The notes below the pieces were generated by a model that ran no database searches, was not told the origin of the DNA, and was given only the letters and a program-made list of their open reading frames with translations. DNA of 64,000 bases from Pelagomonas calceolata (lineage: Eukaryota), in NCBI GenBank assembly GCA_918797485.1, contig CAKKNE010000001.1, positions 1,736,001 through 1,800,000 of the forward strand. Reading direction: 5' to 3'. Both the position numbers and the translations under genes were made by a program. Positions 31,526 to 42,052 of this stretch are shown here, one piece after another (the stretch's first letter is position 1; each line of letters starts with the position of its first letter).

Positions 31526-32173
31526 ATGAGGAGATCAAGGCAACGCTGCGCGGCCCTCGTCGTGATAACCTGCGCGAGCGCCTACCTCCAACCCAGATCA
31601 ACAAAAAGAACAACAGCACTGCACGCGAAAGAACCTTTACTGAGAATAGGTCATGGGTATGACATCCACCGCCTCGACACGCGAGAAGAGGCCGGCCAGC
31701 CCATCGTCATCGCGGGCGTGCGCTTTGATGGGAGCGAAGGACACGCCCCAGATTTCGAATTAGGCTGCGTGGCACATTCGGATGGAGACGTCATCTACCA
31801 TTCTGTCGTCGATGCCATCCTCGGAGCACTGACGATGCCCGACATCGGCTGCCTCTTTCCCGACAACGATCCCCGATTGAAGGGCGCCGATTCGTCGATC
31901 TTCATGGAGGAGGCCTACAAGCGCATGACCGATAGAGGGTATCGGCTGGGCAACTGCGACGTCACGCTAATCTGCCAAAAACCAAGAGTGAACGTGGATG
32001 CGGTGGGCGGCGGTTTAGTGAAGGAGAAGATGGTCGGGAACGTGGCGGAGTTGCTGCACACTGATGTTAGTATGGTCAACGTGAAGGCTCGAACGCACGA
32101 GAAAGTCGACTCCGTCGGCGAATGCCGGGCGATCGAGTGCCACGTCGTGCTCACGCTGGAGCGAGAGGACTAA
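31526..32173 (+). CDS. ispF: 2-C-methyl-D-erythritol 2,4-cyclodiphosphate synthase, plastid-targeted
   Basis: LRIGHGYDIHRL, AHSDGDV..H..DAILGAL, DIG..FPD and NVKARTHEKV motifs; bipartite leader. Confidence 0.95.
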   Translation: MRRSRQRCAALVVITCASAYLQPRSTKRTTALHAKEPLLRIGHGYDIHRLDTREEAGQPIVIAGVRFDGSEGHAPDFELGCVAHSDGDVIYHSVVDAILGALTMPDIGCLFPDNDPRLKGADSSIFMEEAYKRMTDRGYRLGNCDVTLICQKPRVNVDAVGGGLVKEKMVGNVAELLHTDVSMVNVKARTHEKVDSVGECRAIECHVVLTLERED

Positions 32174-32302
32174 GTAGGTTACTCTAGTTTGTCAAACGGC
32201 GGCGTAGTGGTGGCGCACGCTGTCGCCGCCGCGCTCGCTCGCGAAAACCGAGTATTGACTGGCTCCAGGCTCCAGGTTACTCGGGAGGGGTAGGGGGAGT
32301 AC

Positions 32303-34009
32303 TCAGGAGCGGAACGGCCGCCGCATGACGGACGCCGGCCGCACTTTCGATAGCCTCCCAAGGACGTCCTCGAAGTCCGCGAAGGGGTCCTCTCTGATTG
32401 GAGATCTAGACCGGCTCCGCGCCACCTCCGGGATCGCGTACGGACTCAAATCGAGGTTGACGACCTCGATCGGCGTCGGTTCTAATGCCAAAGGCGCCTT
32501 CGCGCGCGGTTCCGGGATGACCTGGGGGTTTGGATTGCACGCCACGACCGTGCCGTCCTTCATTACTAATTTACAAGCGTCCTCGGGCGTGGCACATAAA
32601 ACCTCGAGCGCGTACGTGTTAAACCCATCCAGGTCTGGTCTTCTTTCACTTTGTAACAAGGCCACGCCCGTCTCCGCAGAGATCTGCCTTACGACTCTCT
32701 CTTCACTAACTTCACAGGGGCACTCCTTGACCAAAACCTGCCGTGACGTAATAGCTCGAGGACCTCTAGGAGCGTGAGCAAACCGCAGCGACCCACAAGG
32801 CCCCGTCTGGCAGTCCGCGTCCTTCATTTTCGCCCGTTGCGCGGCCTGGTAAGCCTTCAGCGCGTCCCGCACCTTCATGTCACTGTAAGAATCCGCATCC
32901 TCGACGGCGCCGGACATGGCTCTCGCGCGAGCTTGACAGGCCTCGAGCTGCCTCTTGACATCATTCAACTCCGCTGTGACGCGCGCGGTGTCGTCCTTCG
33001 CGCGCATGACCTCTTGCTTCGTCTCCCGAATGTTCCGATTCGCTTGCAACTGCTGCTGTCTGGCCTGCTCCTGGACCCTTTCGACCGGAGTCTTGGGGCG
33101 CGGCGACGCCGGCGCGAAGCTTGGCGTCGACCGCTGCACGTTGCTTGTCGACGGGCGCGCACCACCGCCGCTCGAGACACGCGCGGGACCACTCGAAGAG
33201 ACGCGCGGCACACCGCCGCCACCACCCGAGGAGACGCGCGCCGCCTTGCGCTGTCTTGATCCTAACGTGAAGGCGGCTCCTGACTCAGGATCGACGTGAA
33301 CGGTGTCAGACGCGGCCTGAGCCGAGCGAGAAGCGTAGGCCGCATCCAATTCGCGCGCTTGCGCCTGCAGCTCCAGATCATGTTGAGCTCTCGCTCTGGA
33401 AGCGGCATCTCGAGACAAGCGCTGGAAGTCCGCGAGGGCCTTCTCCGCCTTCTGGGCTCGGGTGTCGCCGCCGCGCTCCGCGTCCCGAATCGCCTTCTGG
33501 GCCTGCTCGAGCTGCTGCTTCATCCAGATGCGCTCCTCATGTAAAGCCGCGGGCGTGAGCGGTGTGAGTCCTAAGAAGCCCTGTTGGCCGTCCTCGCTCA
33601 ACCGGCCCGCGGCGTCCGACGAGGGTCCAAAATACTGGTCCCACTCCTTGCAGATCTTTTCTAACTCGAGTAATCTTCCAGCGTGTTGCGACTTGCCTTC
33701 GTTCAAGGAACAAGCGACCGCTCGCACTTCCCTCGCGAGGTCGTGGACGTAGCGCCCACAAGCCACTGGCGTCGTATACTTCCCCGACGCCTTCGCCTCG
33801 TAAAAGTCGCAGACCTTGATGAGGTCCACGACCTTCGCATCGCCTAGGTCGCCCTCCCTGAAGCTGATGCCACTCGCGACCGGTCTTGGCGCCTTGCGCG
33901 GATAATCCTGCTCGTACACGGCGATCGGCTCCCAGGCCTTCTTGTTGCGGCCGGCGGGGACCCAGGTCGGGCGGACGTTCTCGACGTCCCGCATCGGCGT
34001 TCTCGTCAT
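32303..34009 (-). CDS. Hypothetical coiled-coil protein
   Basis: Long ORF with heptad-rich and Ser/Gly low-complexity segments. Confidence 0.6.
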   Translation of the reverse strand: MTRTPMRDVENVRPTWVPAGRNKKAWEPIAVYEQDYPRKAPRPVASGISFREGDLGDAKVVDLIKVCDFYEAKASGKYTTPVACGRYVHDLAREVRAVACSLNEGKSQHAGRLLELEKICKEWDQYFGPSSDAAGRLSEDGQQGFLGLTPLTPAALHEERIWMKQQLEQAQKAIRDAERGGDTRAQKAEKALADFQRLSRDAASRARAQHDLELQAQARELDAAYASRSAQAASDTVHVDPESGAAFTLGSRQRKAARVSSGGGGGVPRVSSSGPARVSSGGGARPSTSNVQRSTPSFAPASPRPKTPVERVQEQARQQQLQANRNIRETKQEVMRAKDDTARVTAELNDVKRQLEACQARARAMSGAVEDADSYSDMKVRDALKAYQAAQRAKMKDADCQTGPCGSLRFAHAPRGPRAITSRQVLVKECPCEVSEERVVRQISAETGVALLQSERRPDLDGFNTYALEVLCATPEDACKLVMKDGTVVACNPNPQVIPEPRAKAPLALEPTPIEVVNLDLSPYAIPEVARSRSRSPIREDPFADFEDVLGRLSKVRPASVMRRPFRS

Positions 34010-34504
34010 GATGTGCTGTCGCGGTCGCGTTTGCGCGTGCAACCGAGCACAGGCTGCAGTTGTCCCTTTGTTTGAATCGTGCGCGGCGGCGCGCGTCGAG
34101 GCAAAGCTTGGTGCGCACGAGTGGGGCTGTGGGTCTTCGCTCCGCCGGTCACCTTGGCCTGGGCACGGTTATACGCGCAGCACGCAGCGTTTTAAGGCCG
34201 GCAGGTGAGATGCCAAAGTTAAAACAGGTTTCAAGGAGCTAGCAAGTTTAACCGGCATAGCAAGCGTCCTCTGTGCTCGATAGACGTCTATTGTGCCCTC
34301 AGATCGCAGCGAGACGCTTTCGTGCGGTGAAGCCAGAGGTAGAGGCACTAGCTTTTGAGAGGCAAAGTGCAGTTTTGAGGCTCTTGCAACACGGCATTTG
34401 TGGAGCAGAGCCGGCCATACGCTTCTGGAACAGCGGTGCACGCAGCCGCAGGCAAAAACCGGCAGAGATAGAGGCAATCAAGCACCGCTGCAGGCTGCAC
34501 ACGC

Positions 34505-35107
34505 ATGCGCCGCCGTCGCGCAGCGCTCGCAGCGCTTGCCGTAACTCATGCGCTGCAGTCAACGCCGCACCGCCTGCCACCGCTGGCGGCCAGTTCTCTC
34601 GCCTTGGATGAAGCGACAACACTGCCGTTCGGACCGGCGCGAGACGCTGCCGCCATGGCGATAGCCTTGGACGAAGCCCGCGCCGCCGCGTCAAGGGGCG
34701 AGGTGCCAGTGGGAGCTGTAGTTGTAGACGACACAACCGGCACCATCATCGCCCGCGCGGGCAACGCCGTCGAGGCGAGCCACGACGCCACGGCCCACGC
34801 CGAGCTAAGGGCTATGAGAGCTGCGGCCCAATTTGTAGAAAATTGGCGCCTCCAGGACGCCACGCTCTACTGCACGCTCGAGCCCTGCGTCGTGTGCCTG
34901 GGCGCGGCCTACGCGTTCCGCATTCCTTCTGTTGTGTACGGCGCGCCGGACCATAGGATGGGCGCGGCCGGGTCCTGGCTCGACCTGCCGTCCGAAACGC
35001 ACCCGTTCCATTCATTGAATATTCGCGGCGGCGTGCGCGCGGACGAGTCCGCCCAATTGTTGAAGGACTTCTTCCGGGACCGGCGGAAAGCGGGCCCCCG
35101 TATGTAA
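34505..35107 (+). CDS. tadA: tRNA adenosine(34) deaminase TadA, organelle-targeted
   Basis: GEVPVGAV, DATAHAE, NWRL and TLEPCVVC motifs; C-terminal FFRDRR. Confidence 0.9.
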   Translation: MRRRRAALAALAVTHALQSTPHRLPPLAASSLALDEATTLPFGPARDAAAMAIALDEARAAASRGEVPVGAVVVDDTTGTIIARAGNAVEASHDATAHAELRAMRAAAQFVENWRLQDATLYCTLEPCVVCLGAAYAFRIPSVVYGAPDHRMGAAGSWLDLPSETHPFHSLNIRGGVRADESAQLLKDFFRDRRKAGPRM

Positions 35108-35119
35108 TTACAGTGTGTG

Positions 35120-35908
35120 TTATTGGGACTGCATCATCGCCGCCGCGACCTCCACGTCGCCGCCCGCCGCCTCCAACCAGAAGCGGCAGGACTCCTCGGA
35201 CTTGCCCATGCGCGTCGCGAGCGTGCGGACCTTCGGCGTCAGGCCCGCGGGGGCCGGCGGCGGCTGGTCCTGCGCCCTCAACCGCCGCGCGAAGGACGCG
35301 TCCCGCGCGAGCCGCTCTCTCCTTTCCCTGTCGAGGCGCTCCCGCTCGGCGTCGGCCGCGAGCTGCTCCTCCTTGAGCCGTCTTGCAAAACTCGCGTCCC
35401 TTCGTAACCGTTCGGCCCGCTCGCGCGCGTCCGCCGCGTCGGCGATCGCCCGCAGCCGGTCCGCCTCGGCCTTGCGCGCGGCTGCCTCGGCTTGGCGCTG
35501 GCGCTCCACGGCCTCACGCTCCGCGGCGGCCTGGCGCTCCGCGGCCTGACGCTCCGCGGCCGCCTGGCGTTCCGCAGCCGCGCGCCGCTCCCGTTCCATT
35601 CGTTCCTCCTCGGCGCGCTCGCGCGCGTCGGCCCGCGCCGCCGCGGCCTCGCGCTCCGCCGCCGCGGCCTGTCGCAGCCGCGCGATCTCCGCATCTACAA
35701 AAGCGTCCTCGCCGTCCATCGTATTTGTTTCCGCGTTCGCGATGAGCGCGCGCGCAGTGTCCGCCGCGTCAGCTAGCTCCGGCGGCACGCGGGCGCACGT
35801 CAATCGAAACTCCGCCGCGCGGTCGACGACGTCCTCGTAGTTGGGTCTCAGGAGCGCGCCGTCGTCCTGGTCCCGCGGCAGGGCGCCTGCCAAGGGCTGC
35901 ATGTCCAT
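35120..35908 (-). CDS. Coiled-coil protein with MIU-like DASFARRL repeats and a C-terminal UBA-like domain
   Basis: Two RDASFARRL motifs; CRFWLEAAGGDVEVAA C-terminus. Confidence 0.55.
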   Translation of the reverse strand: MDMQPLAGALPRDQDDGALLRPNYEDVVDRAAEFRLTCARVPPELADAADTARALIANAETNTMDGEDAFVDAEIARLRQAAAAEREAAAARADARERAEEERMERERRAAAERQAAAERQAAERQAAAEREAVERQRQAEAAARKAEADRLRAIADAADARERAERLRRDASFARRLKEEQLAADAERERLDRERRERLARDASFARRLRAQDQPPPAPAGLTPKVRTLATRMGKSEESCRFWLEAAGGDVEVAAAMMQSQ

Positions 35909-35991
35909 TTTGTAGGTGTGTCGCTTTATGTATGGCAGCTATAATCGATCCCAGCCGTGGTTCAGCGCAAAATAAAGTGCTCCAAAACTAA

Positions 35992-36016
35992 CCTAGCGGC
36001 ATGTAAAGACACTAGC
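35992..36016 (-). promoter_or_regulatory. Dyad-ended upstream motif, copy 6
   Basis: Reverse complement GCTAGTGTCTTTACATGCCGCTAGG, 84 bp upstream of the ATG at 35908. Confidence 0.65.
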
Positions 36017-37600
36017 AAGCAAACTCGGAACGGAGCATGCAGTCGTTTGAGTATCCTTCGGTTCGCTAATGGGCCAAAGAGATCAATGGGACACGTACTG
36101 GGGGCCAAAAATAGTTTCGCGGCGCGGAGGCGGACGAGGCCACAGGGCGGCCGCGCCGGCTTAATCCTGTCAATCCCTGCCCAAGAGGTCTCCCTGGGGC
36201 CGCCTAGGGTCGGTACTATACACGTGCACGCGCCTACGCCGCATGCGCCGCCGCTGCAATCATTTTTGGTCGATTTCTCTCAGCAGACAAAGGAGTTTTA
36301 GCAATAAAAGGCCAAGGTTTGCTTCCAGGGCTCTCGGGGAGCACTAGACTGCCGCATCGATGGCGTATGCGGTACAGGCGCTTACCCACAACCAGACCTA
36401 CCCCGAGAGACCTCCAGGAGCCGATCTGCCCCGAAAAAAGCGCGTAATTTGGACCCGATGGCGCCCCGTCCCCGGCAAAAACGTCAATTACCCGAGAGCC
36501 CCCAGGAATCGTAATAGCGGTCTCGTTGGACCCCATGCTACCCCACCGATAGTCAACTACGAGTATATGACCTCTACACGCCGAGAAGGGTACTTTGGGC
36601 TGCCCACGCTCGGGACGTGAACATCTTGATCTGGACCTCGCACAAGTCGGTCGATCATGGAACAAATGATCGCATTATGGTCCATGGTGATGGTACACGC
36701 GCTGATGGTCGCAGGTCCGGGTCTGGAGCCAAATGTAGCCAGATCGTGGGCTCGCGAGACCGACGACCCGCGCCGAGCATCTTTGGGTCTCGGAGCAATG
36801 TAGTACACAATCAAGCCAGTTATCTGGCCCATCCAACTACTAAAGCGCCTGAAACGCAAATTTATTGTATGAACCACGGGTCTGGGGCCAATTCAGTGCC
36901 CCGCGTACGTACCGTCGTCCGCGGAGAACGGGCAAGTCGGTCGATCGTGAATAGAACAACGGCGTTATGGTCCACCTGGGTAGTGTCGTCGCTGATACTC
37001 GCGGCTTCAGGAGTTAAGGCATTTTTTATGTAAACGCGGGGGCGCGGAAATGCCGATTCGCGCGGCTCTAACGGAGCATCTAAAATATCTCAGTAGCCGC
37101 TGATCCGGCCTAAATGGAACCTAACCCCAACAAACGGAAGGAAACGAACATAAACGCGAGAGTTGTCTAGTAGAATTCTTCTCCCGCCCTCCGAGCGCGG
37201 GCCGTCGGCTCCGGTTCCGTCGAACTTGTATGAAAACTGGGCTGGAGTTGATATAATGTACCAACCGGACGGTAGAAGGCACCATCAATCGCTGGTGTAT
37301 TTTGGCGAGCCGGAAGACTCATCCGCGAATGTCGCAGACGGTGCCTTCCGGGAGGCGCGAGGGTATGTTCCCGAGCCGCTACTCTGGAATATTTGGTCTC
37401 GGCGAACGACTAGGATGTATTCTGAATTTCGGTCATTCTTTTGACGCTATCGGGGCGTATCTTTGAATTTGCTAGAGACCTTGTACGCTAGGTATTATCC
37501 TTACTCTGCAGTGCAGTGCTGCCGGCTGTAGAGCTGCCGCTACAGCGCGTTTCGTCGTGCCATCGATCACTGGACTCCAGCTGCAATAGCGCCGAGCAGC

Positions 37601-37954
37601 ATGGGCGCCGCTGGCAGCCATCCCGAGGACGAGCGCAAAATCGCAAACATCGTCGAGAAACTGCGCGCCGACGGCGCCGAGGCGGATTTCCGCTCGGCCG
37701 AGGACGCGGAGCGCGCCGTCGCGAGCGCCGCGGCGGCCGACGCGCGGCGCGCCAAAAAGCCGGCGCGGCGGACGCCGGCGCGTCGGGGGCCCGCGACACC
37801 ACCTCCCACGAAACGCGTCAAGGTCAAGCGCGAGGGCGAGCCGCGCCGCAGCGTTCGACAGGTCGCCACGCCGCGCACGTACAACGAGCGCCACCTCGAG
37901 GCGGCGGCGTGGGCGGGCCGGGGCACGCGCGACGACCCGTTCGTCGCCGCCTGA
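37601..37954 (+). CDS. Small basic hypothetical protein
   Basis: ATG-initiated ORF with GC3-rich codons and an RRSVRQV..RTYNE motif. Confidence 0.45.
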   Translation: MGAAGSHPEDERKIANIVEKLRADGAEADFRSAEDAERAVASAAAADARRAKKPARRTPARRGPATPPPTKRVKVKREGEPRRSVRQVATPRTYNERHLEAAAWAGRGTRDDPFVAA

Positions 37955-38192
37955 GACGTTGTGTTTGTGCGAACGCGCCCGGTCACGCAGCTCCGTGGCT
38001 AGGCGGCCTAGCTCTAAGCAAAGCAAAAAAGGAAATTTGGGGCGTACCAAAACGGGTGGGCCCGGGGGGAGCGGGAGGGGTACGGGGGACCCCGCGACGT
38101 AACTAGCCTGAGCCTGAGCATCCCGCGCCGGACCGCCTCAGACGCCATCGACGCGACTCAGTAAAATAACTTAAACGTCCCCACCACCACTA

Positions 38193-39503
38193 CTACGCCA
38201 CGGCGACGCCCGCCACCGCCGCCGCCAAGTCGTCCACGTCGTCCGCGTCGTCGAGCTCGTCCTCGTCGCACAGGTCCTCGTCGTTGTCCTCGAGCTCTCC
38301 TAATACATCGGCAGGAACGACCGTCGCGAGCTCGGCCAGCGCCTCGTCCGACAAACCGTTGCCGTCTAATTCCAACGCCTTGAGGGATGGCGCCGCTTTC
38401 ACGACGGCCCGCGCCAGCGCCAGCGCGCCGCGCGAGCCGATCTCCGACGCGCGGCAGACGAAGGTTGATAAAGCGGGGAACTGTGATGCGGAAAAACCCT
38501 TGGCCAACCGGCCCGCGCCGCGCGACGAGAACTCGTTTTCTTCCACTTGGAGCACTTCTAGCGTCGAAGCACAGGAAGCGAGCCATTTTGTGGAGGTGAA
38601 CGCGTCCGCCGTGAGTTCGTTGCCCGAGAAATCCAGAGCGCGCAGGTTGTCGCACTTTTCCAGTCCACTACACAACTCGCCGAAGCCGTCGTCCCCCAAT
38701 GAGCAGTCTCTGACATTGAGCACTTCGAGAGGTGAAGCGCCGTTCGCCGCGGACAGCCACTCGCCGAGTAACTGGCCCCCGTCCGTCCCAAACGTGTTAT
38801 CCGCGAGGTCGACGGTCACGAGCAATTGCCTTGCCCGTAACGCTTCCGCGAACACTAAGGAACCGGCTCTCCCAGCCCGTGTTCCGGAGAACCGCAGGTC
38901 CGTCAGATCCGGCGACTTCTGGACGATCTCGGCTATCGCTTTGGCGCCCTCGTCACCGCTCATATTGTTAAAATAGTGGAACGACTCCAAGGACGTGACG
39001 CCCTTGCTCGTCAACACATCTTTGAGCTGGTGGGCTGCTGCACTGCTCATGCCGTTGTTGCACGTCTTGAGGTGGACTAGAGGGGCGGCTCCCATGAACA
39101 ACGGTAGCAAAGCATCGAGACCTTTTTGCCCTAAGGCGTTGTCCGACACATCTAATGAAGTGATTCTTGATCGTTTGGCGTCGCCGTAGCCCGAGGCTTT
39201 TGCTAGTGCTGTTGCGAGCGTCTCTAACACTTCGAGCGCTTCGGCCTCGGGCCTTCCAGCAATAACGTCGCTCACGTCGACGTCCTTGACGCCTCTCAAC
39301 GACGCGAGCTTCTCGGCGATGGCCTTCGCGGCTTTCGCGCCGTAGGACTTGTTGCTCAGTTTTATTTTACGTAACGCTTGGCCGTTGCTCAATTCCTCCA
39401 CCAATTTGAGCGCGGCGTCCGGCTCCGCCACATGTTCTCTAGCGGGATTCGCGGCGCAGACGTCGAAGGCGTCGAGGGGCAGGGCGCCCTCGAAGCCCGC
39501 CAT
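38193..39503 (-). CDS. RANGAP: Ran GTPase-activating protein (LRR)
   Basis: LSNKSYG..A, SDVIAGRPEAEAL, LDVSDNALGQKG and NNMSGDEGA motifs; acidic tail. Confidence 0.88.
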   Translation of the reverse strand: MAGFEGALPLDAFDVCAANPAREHVAEPDAALKLVEELSNGQALRKIKLSNKSYGAKAAKAIAEKLASLRGVKDVDVSDVIAGRPEAEALEVLETLATALAKASGYGDAKRSRITSLDVSDNALGQKGLDALLPLFMGAAPLVHLKTCNNGMSSAAAHQLKDVLTSKGVTSLESFHYFNNMSGDEGAKAIAEIVQKSPDLTDLRFSGTRAGRAGSLVFAEALRARQLLVTVDLADNTFGTDGGQLLGEWLSAANGASPLEVLNVRDCSLGDDGFGELCSGLEKCDNLRALDFSGNELTADAFTSTKWLASCASTLEVLQVEENEFSSRGAGRLAKGFSASQFPALSTFVCRASEIGSRGALALARAVVKAAPSLKALELDGNGLSDEALAELATVVPADVLGELEDNDEDLCDEDELDDADDVDDLAAAVAGVAVA

Positions 39504-39666
39504 CGCTTATGCTGCCTCTGGTGCCGCTTGGTGTGCCGTGCCTACGATTGCTTGCGCTCGCAGGCCAAGCAACAGCGATGCAGCAGCAGTGCTGGCCTTG
39601 CCTCGCGCAGTCTACCTGCAGCGATGCTGCTTTTTGGAGCCAACTTTTTCGAGGCGATTTTTGCTG

Positions 39667-39690
39667 GCTAGTGTCTTACAGAACGCTAGA
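39667..39690 (+). promoter_or_regulatory. Dyad-ended upstream motif, copy 7
   Basis: GCTAGTGTCTTACAGAACGCTAGA between divergent starts at 39503 and 39920. Confidence 0.7.
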
Positions 39691-39919
39691 TAATTTTTTG
39701 AGGGCATCAGCCTGGGGCGTGGCTCGCGTACTATCTCGTATCCAGGGCAAGGCGAGAGTCAAAATCGTCGCTGTCAACAGTTGCGCTTCATTTCGACGGC
39801 TCGCGTACACGTGTGAAGTCGTGGTCAAGCCCTCTGCCCTGCCTGAAATTTTCCAATAATTAATTAGTGCGGCGGCGGCGCCTGGCGCGGTTACACGAGA
39901 GAGAGAAAGAAAACTAACC

Positions 39920-41251
39920 ATGCCCTGGACGCCCCGAGGCGGCAAGGCCCTGTCTCGCGCCGCGAGCGGCCGCGTGCCGGGCCCGAGGACGACGAACTCG
40001 TGCGTCAAAGGCATTATGCTCCTCATCATCTTCGTCATTATGCTCATGGTCGCGTCCTTCGAGCACTCGCTGGCGGCGGCGGCGCACAAGATCGGGCTCG
40101 ACAAGGACGTCGAATTCGCGGCGCATCTCGCGCAGCCGGTCGTCGAGCGCGCCGAGGCCTTCGTGGAGCAGGTCGAGACCGCGGCGGCGCGCGACGTCGC
40201 CTACGCACGTTCCCATCTGGCGCAGCCGGTCCTCGAGCACGCGGGCGCCTTCTTGGAGGCTCCTGTCGAAGAACTCGGCCGCGACTACCAGCTCGTTGCC
40301 GACGCGCTGCGGGTGTTGGCGCGGCCGGGCGCGGAACCGGACGCCCTGGAGGCGAAGGCGGCCGAGCTTGCCGACCTCGAGGCCGAGCGGGCCGTGCGCG
40401 CGGCGCAGGCCGAACTCAAGGCGGCGGCGGCGGCGAAGGCCGAGGCCGAGGCAGAGCGCTACGAAGCTGAACGGGCCAAACGCATCGCCGACGCGGAGAA
40501 GCGCATCGCAGCCAAGCGGGAGGCTCAGGAAGCGGCGGCGGCCGAGCGCCTCGCCGCGGAGAGGGCGCGGGCCGAACGCGCCGCGGAGGAGAAGCGCGTC
40601 GCCACCAAGCGGAAGAAGCAGGAGGCCGACCTCGCTCGCGCGAAGGCAGAGATAGAGAGTGTCGCGGCCGAGGCCCAGGCGCGCGCCGACGCCGACCGCA
40701 AAGCGGCCGTCCTATTTCGCGACACAGTTTTGTATGCTATCGTGACACCAAGTATAGTGCGAGCAAAGGTAAATACGGGAAATGATCGTCAAAAACTGGT
40801 GCAAGCATCATTAAAAGCGTGGCCCGCATTGCGAAGATTTAACGCTTCTTATCAATTAGATAGTTCGTGTGTGTCGATCCTGCAACAAAGACACATAACA
40901 ATAAGCACTAAATATTACTCAGAAGAACGAGGTGTGGGTTGGATCCACGCCGGCAAAGTCGGACACTGGTGTAGCTTTTTACGATATCTAGTCTATTGTA
41001 ACACATCTGATGCCGTCGTCTGTGTGTGGATTGATGGCCGTCGCGAAGGCCCCGGAGGCATCTACAAAATTCGCCGCGCCGGCCGCGAGACCGGCACCGC
41101 CAGCGAAGCCTGTAGCTACCCCCGAGGAGGCCGCGGCCTGGGCGGCACGCATCCCGAAGCAGGTGCGACCGCCGCCGCCGGGCGAGGCGTTGCCGCAGGA
41201 AGGGGTCGACACGCAGCCCGCGAAACCTGTCGCCGCGCAACCGTAGAGTAA
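39920..41251 (+). CDS. Type II membrane coiled-coil protein interrupted by a foreign AT-rich insert
   Basis: N-terminal TM; EA/KA-rich helix; removing 40712-41042 restores RKAAV|AKAPEAST through the stop at 41246. Confidence 0.6.
   Translation: MPWTPRGGKALSRAASGRVPGPRTTNSCVKGIMLLIIFVIMLMVASFEHSLAAAAHKIGLDKDVEFAAHLAQPVVERAEAFVEQVETAAARDVAYARSHLAQPVLEHAGAFLEAPVEELGRDYQLVADALRVLARPGAEPDALEAKAAELADLEAERAVRAAQAELKAAAAAKAEAEAERYEAERAKRIADAEKRIAAKREAQEAAAAERLAAERARAERAAEEKRVATKRKKQEADLARAKAEIESVAAEAQARADADRKAAVLFRDTVLYAIVTPSIVRAKVNTGNDRQKLVQASLKAWPALRRFNASYQLDSSCVSILQQRHITISTKYYSEERGVGWIHAGKVGHWCSFLRYLVYCNTSDAVVCVWIDGRREGPGGIYKIRRAGRETGTASEACSYPRGGRGLGGTHPEAGATAAAGRGVAAGRGRHAARETCRRATVE
40712..41035 (+). 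other. 324-bp AT-rich insert with a glycosyltransferase (GT25-like) reading frame, flanked by 7-bp direct repeats
   Basis: GGCCGTC at 40705-40711 and 41036-41042; translation ..DRQK..RFNA..GKVGHWCSF..CVWID. Confidence 0.65.
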
Positions 41252-41265
41252 TAACAATTTAAAAA

Positions 41266-41727
41266 TTACGGGTCCCGCCGCCGCGCCCGGCTCGGCGCCC
41301 GCGGCACGAGAGACGTAAAAAATAAGCCAACGCCGCGCGTCACGGCCACGAGGCCCCGCACCAGGGCGGGCGCCCAGTCGTCCCGCGCGCGGACGCAAAG
41401 AACAACAATCGCATCGCAGACACACGCGAGGAGCGGCCCGAGGACCGGCACGCGCCGCGCGACCGCCGCCGCGCGAGAGGGCGCGTCGAGTTGCTGGTGC
41501 GCCGGCGTGCCCAGCACCATGATGTCTCCAACAACCCCAAACAGGTCGTCCGCCGCGTCGACGACGGCGTCGTCGAGACGGTAGCGCTTGCCGCGAAAGA
41601 CGAGCGTCGTGCGCGCCGGCACGAGGCCGAAGTGTCTCGCCGCGGTGGTGACGGGTGATTCACCCACGGGCACGTCGAGTCGCTCCGTGGTCGTGCGCCA
41701 TTTGAATGTCAAGGTGCGCGTCGACAT
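41266..41727 (-). CDS. Protein with an N-terminal ubiquitin-like domain
   Basis: LTFKWR..FGL.P..TLVFRGKRY..IMVLGT pattern. Confidence 0.5.
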   Translation of the reverse strand: MSTRTLTFKWRTTTERLDVPVGESPVTTAARHFGLVPARTTLVFRGKRYRLDDAVVDAADDLFGVVGDIMVLGTPAHQQLDAPSRAAAVARRVPVLGPLLACVCDAIVVLCVRARDDWAPALVRGLVAVTRGVGLFFTSLVPRAPSRARRRDP

Positions 41728-41926
41728 CGTTTATACGGCTATGTCTATATGCCCTCAGCTCGAGCTCCTCGAGATGTGGCTGTGCTGGTGCGCTCGCAGG
41801 TGCAACAGCGCACGCACGGCTGTCGCAGCGATGCACGCTGTCGCAGCGATGGAAATGAATGGTAAGGATAAACAATTGGAGGTAACAAGAGCTCCCGCTT
41901 CGCAGCCTAAATCACCTGGTCGCTTT

Positions 41927-41951
41927 TCTAGTGCCTTTACATGCCGCTAGC
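41927..41951 (+). promoter_or_regulatory. Dyad-ended upstream motif, copy 8
   Basis: TCTAGTGCCTTTACATGCCGCTAGC between divergent starts at 41727 and 42053. Confidence 0.68.
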
Positions 41952-42052
41952 TCGCAGCGCGCGAGGCGCGACTCTCTGCAGCAGCGCGTTTAGCAGATCC
42001 TAGGGCCTCACGCATCATAACAGATCGCGCATCGCTGCGGCGACCACGAATT

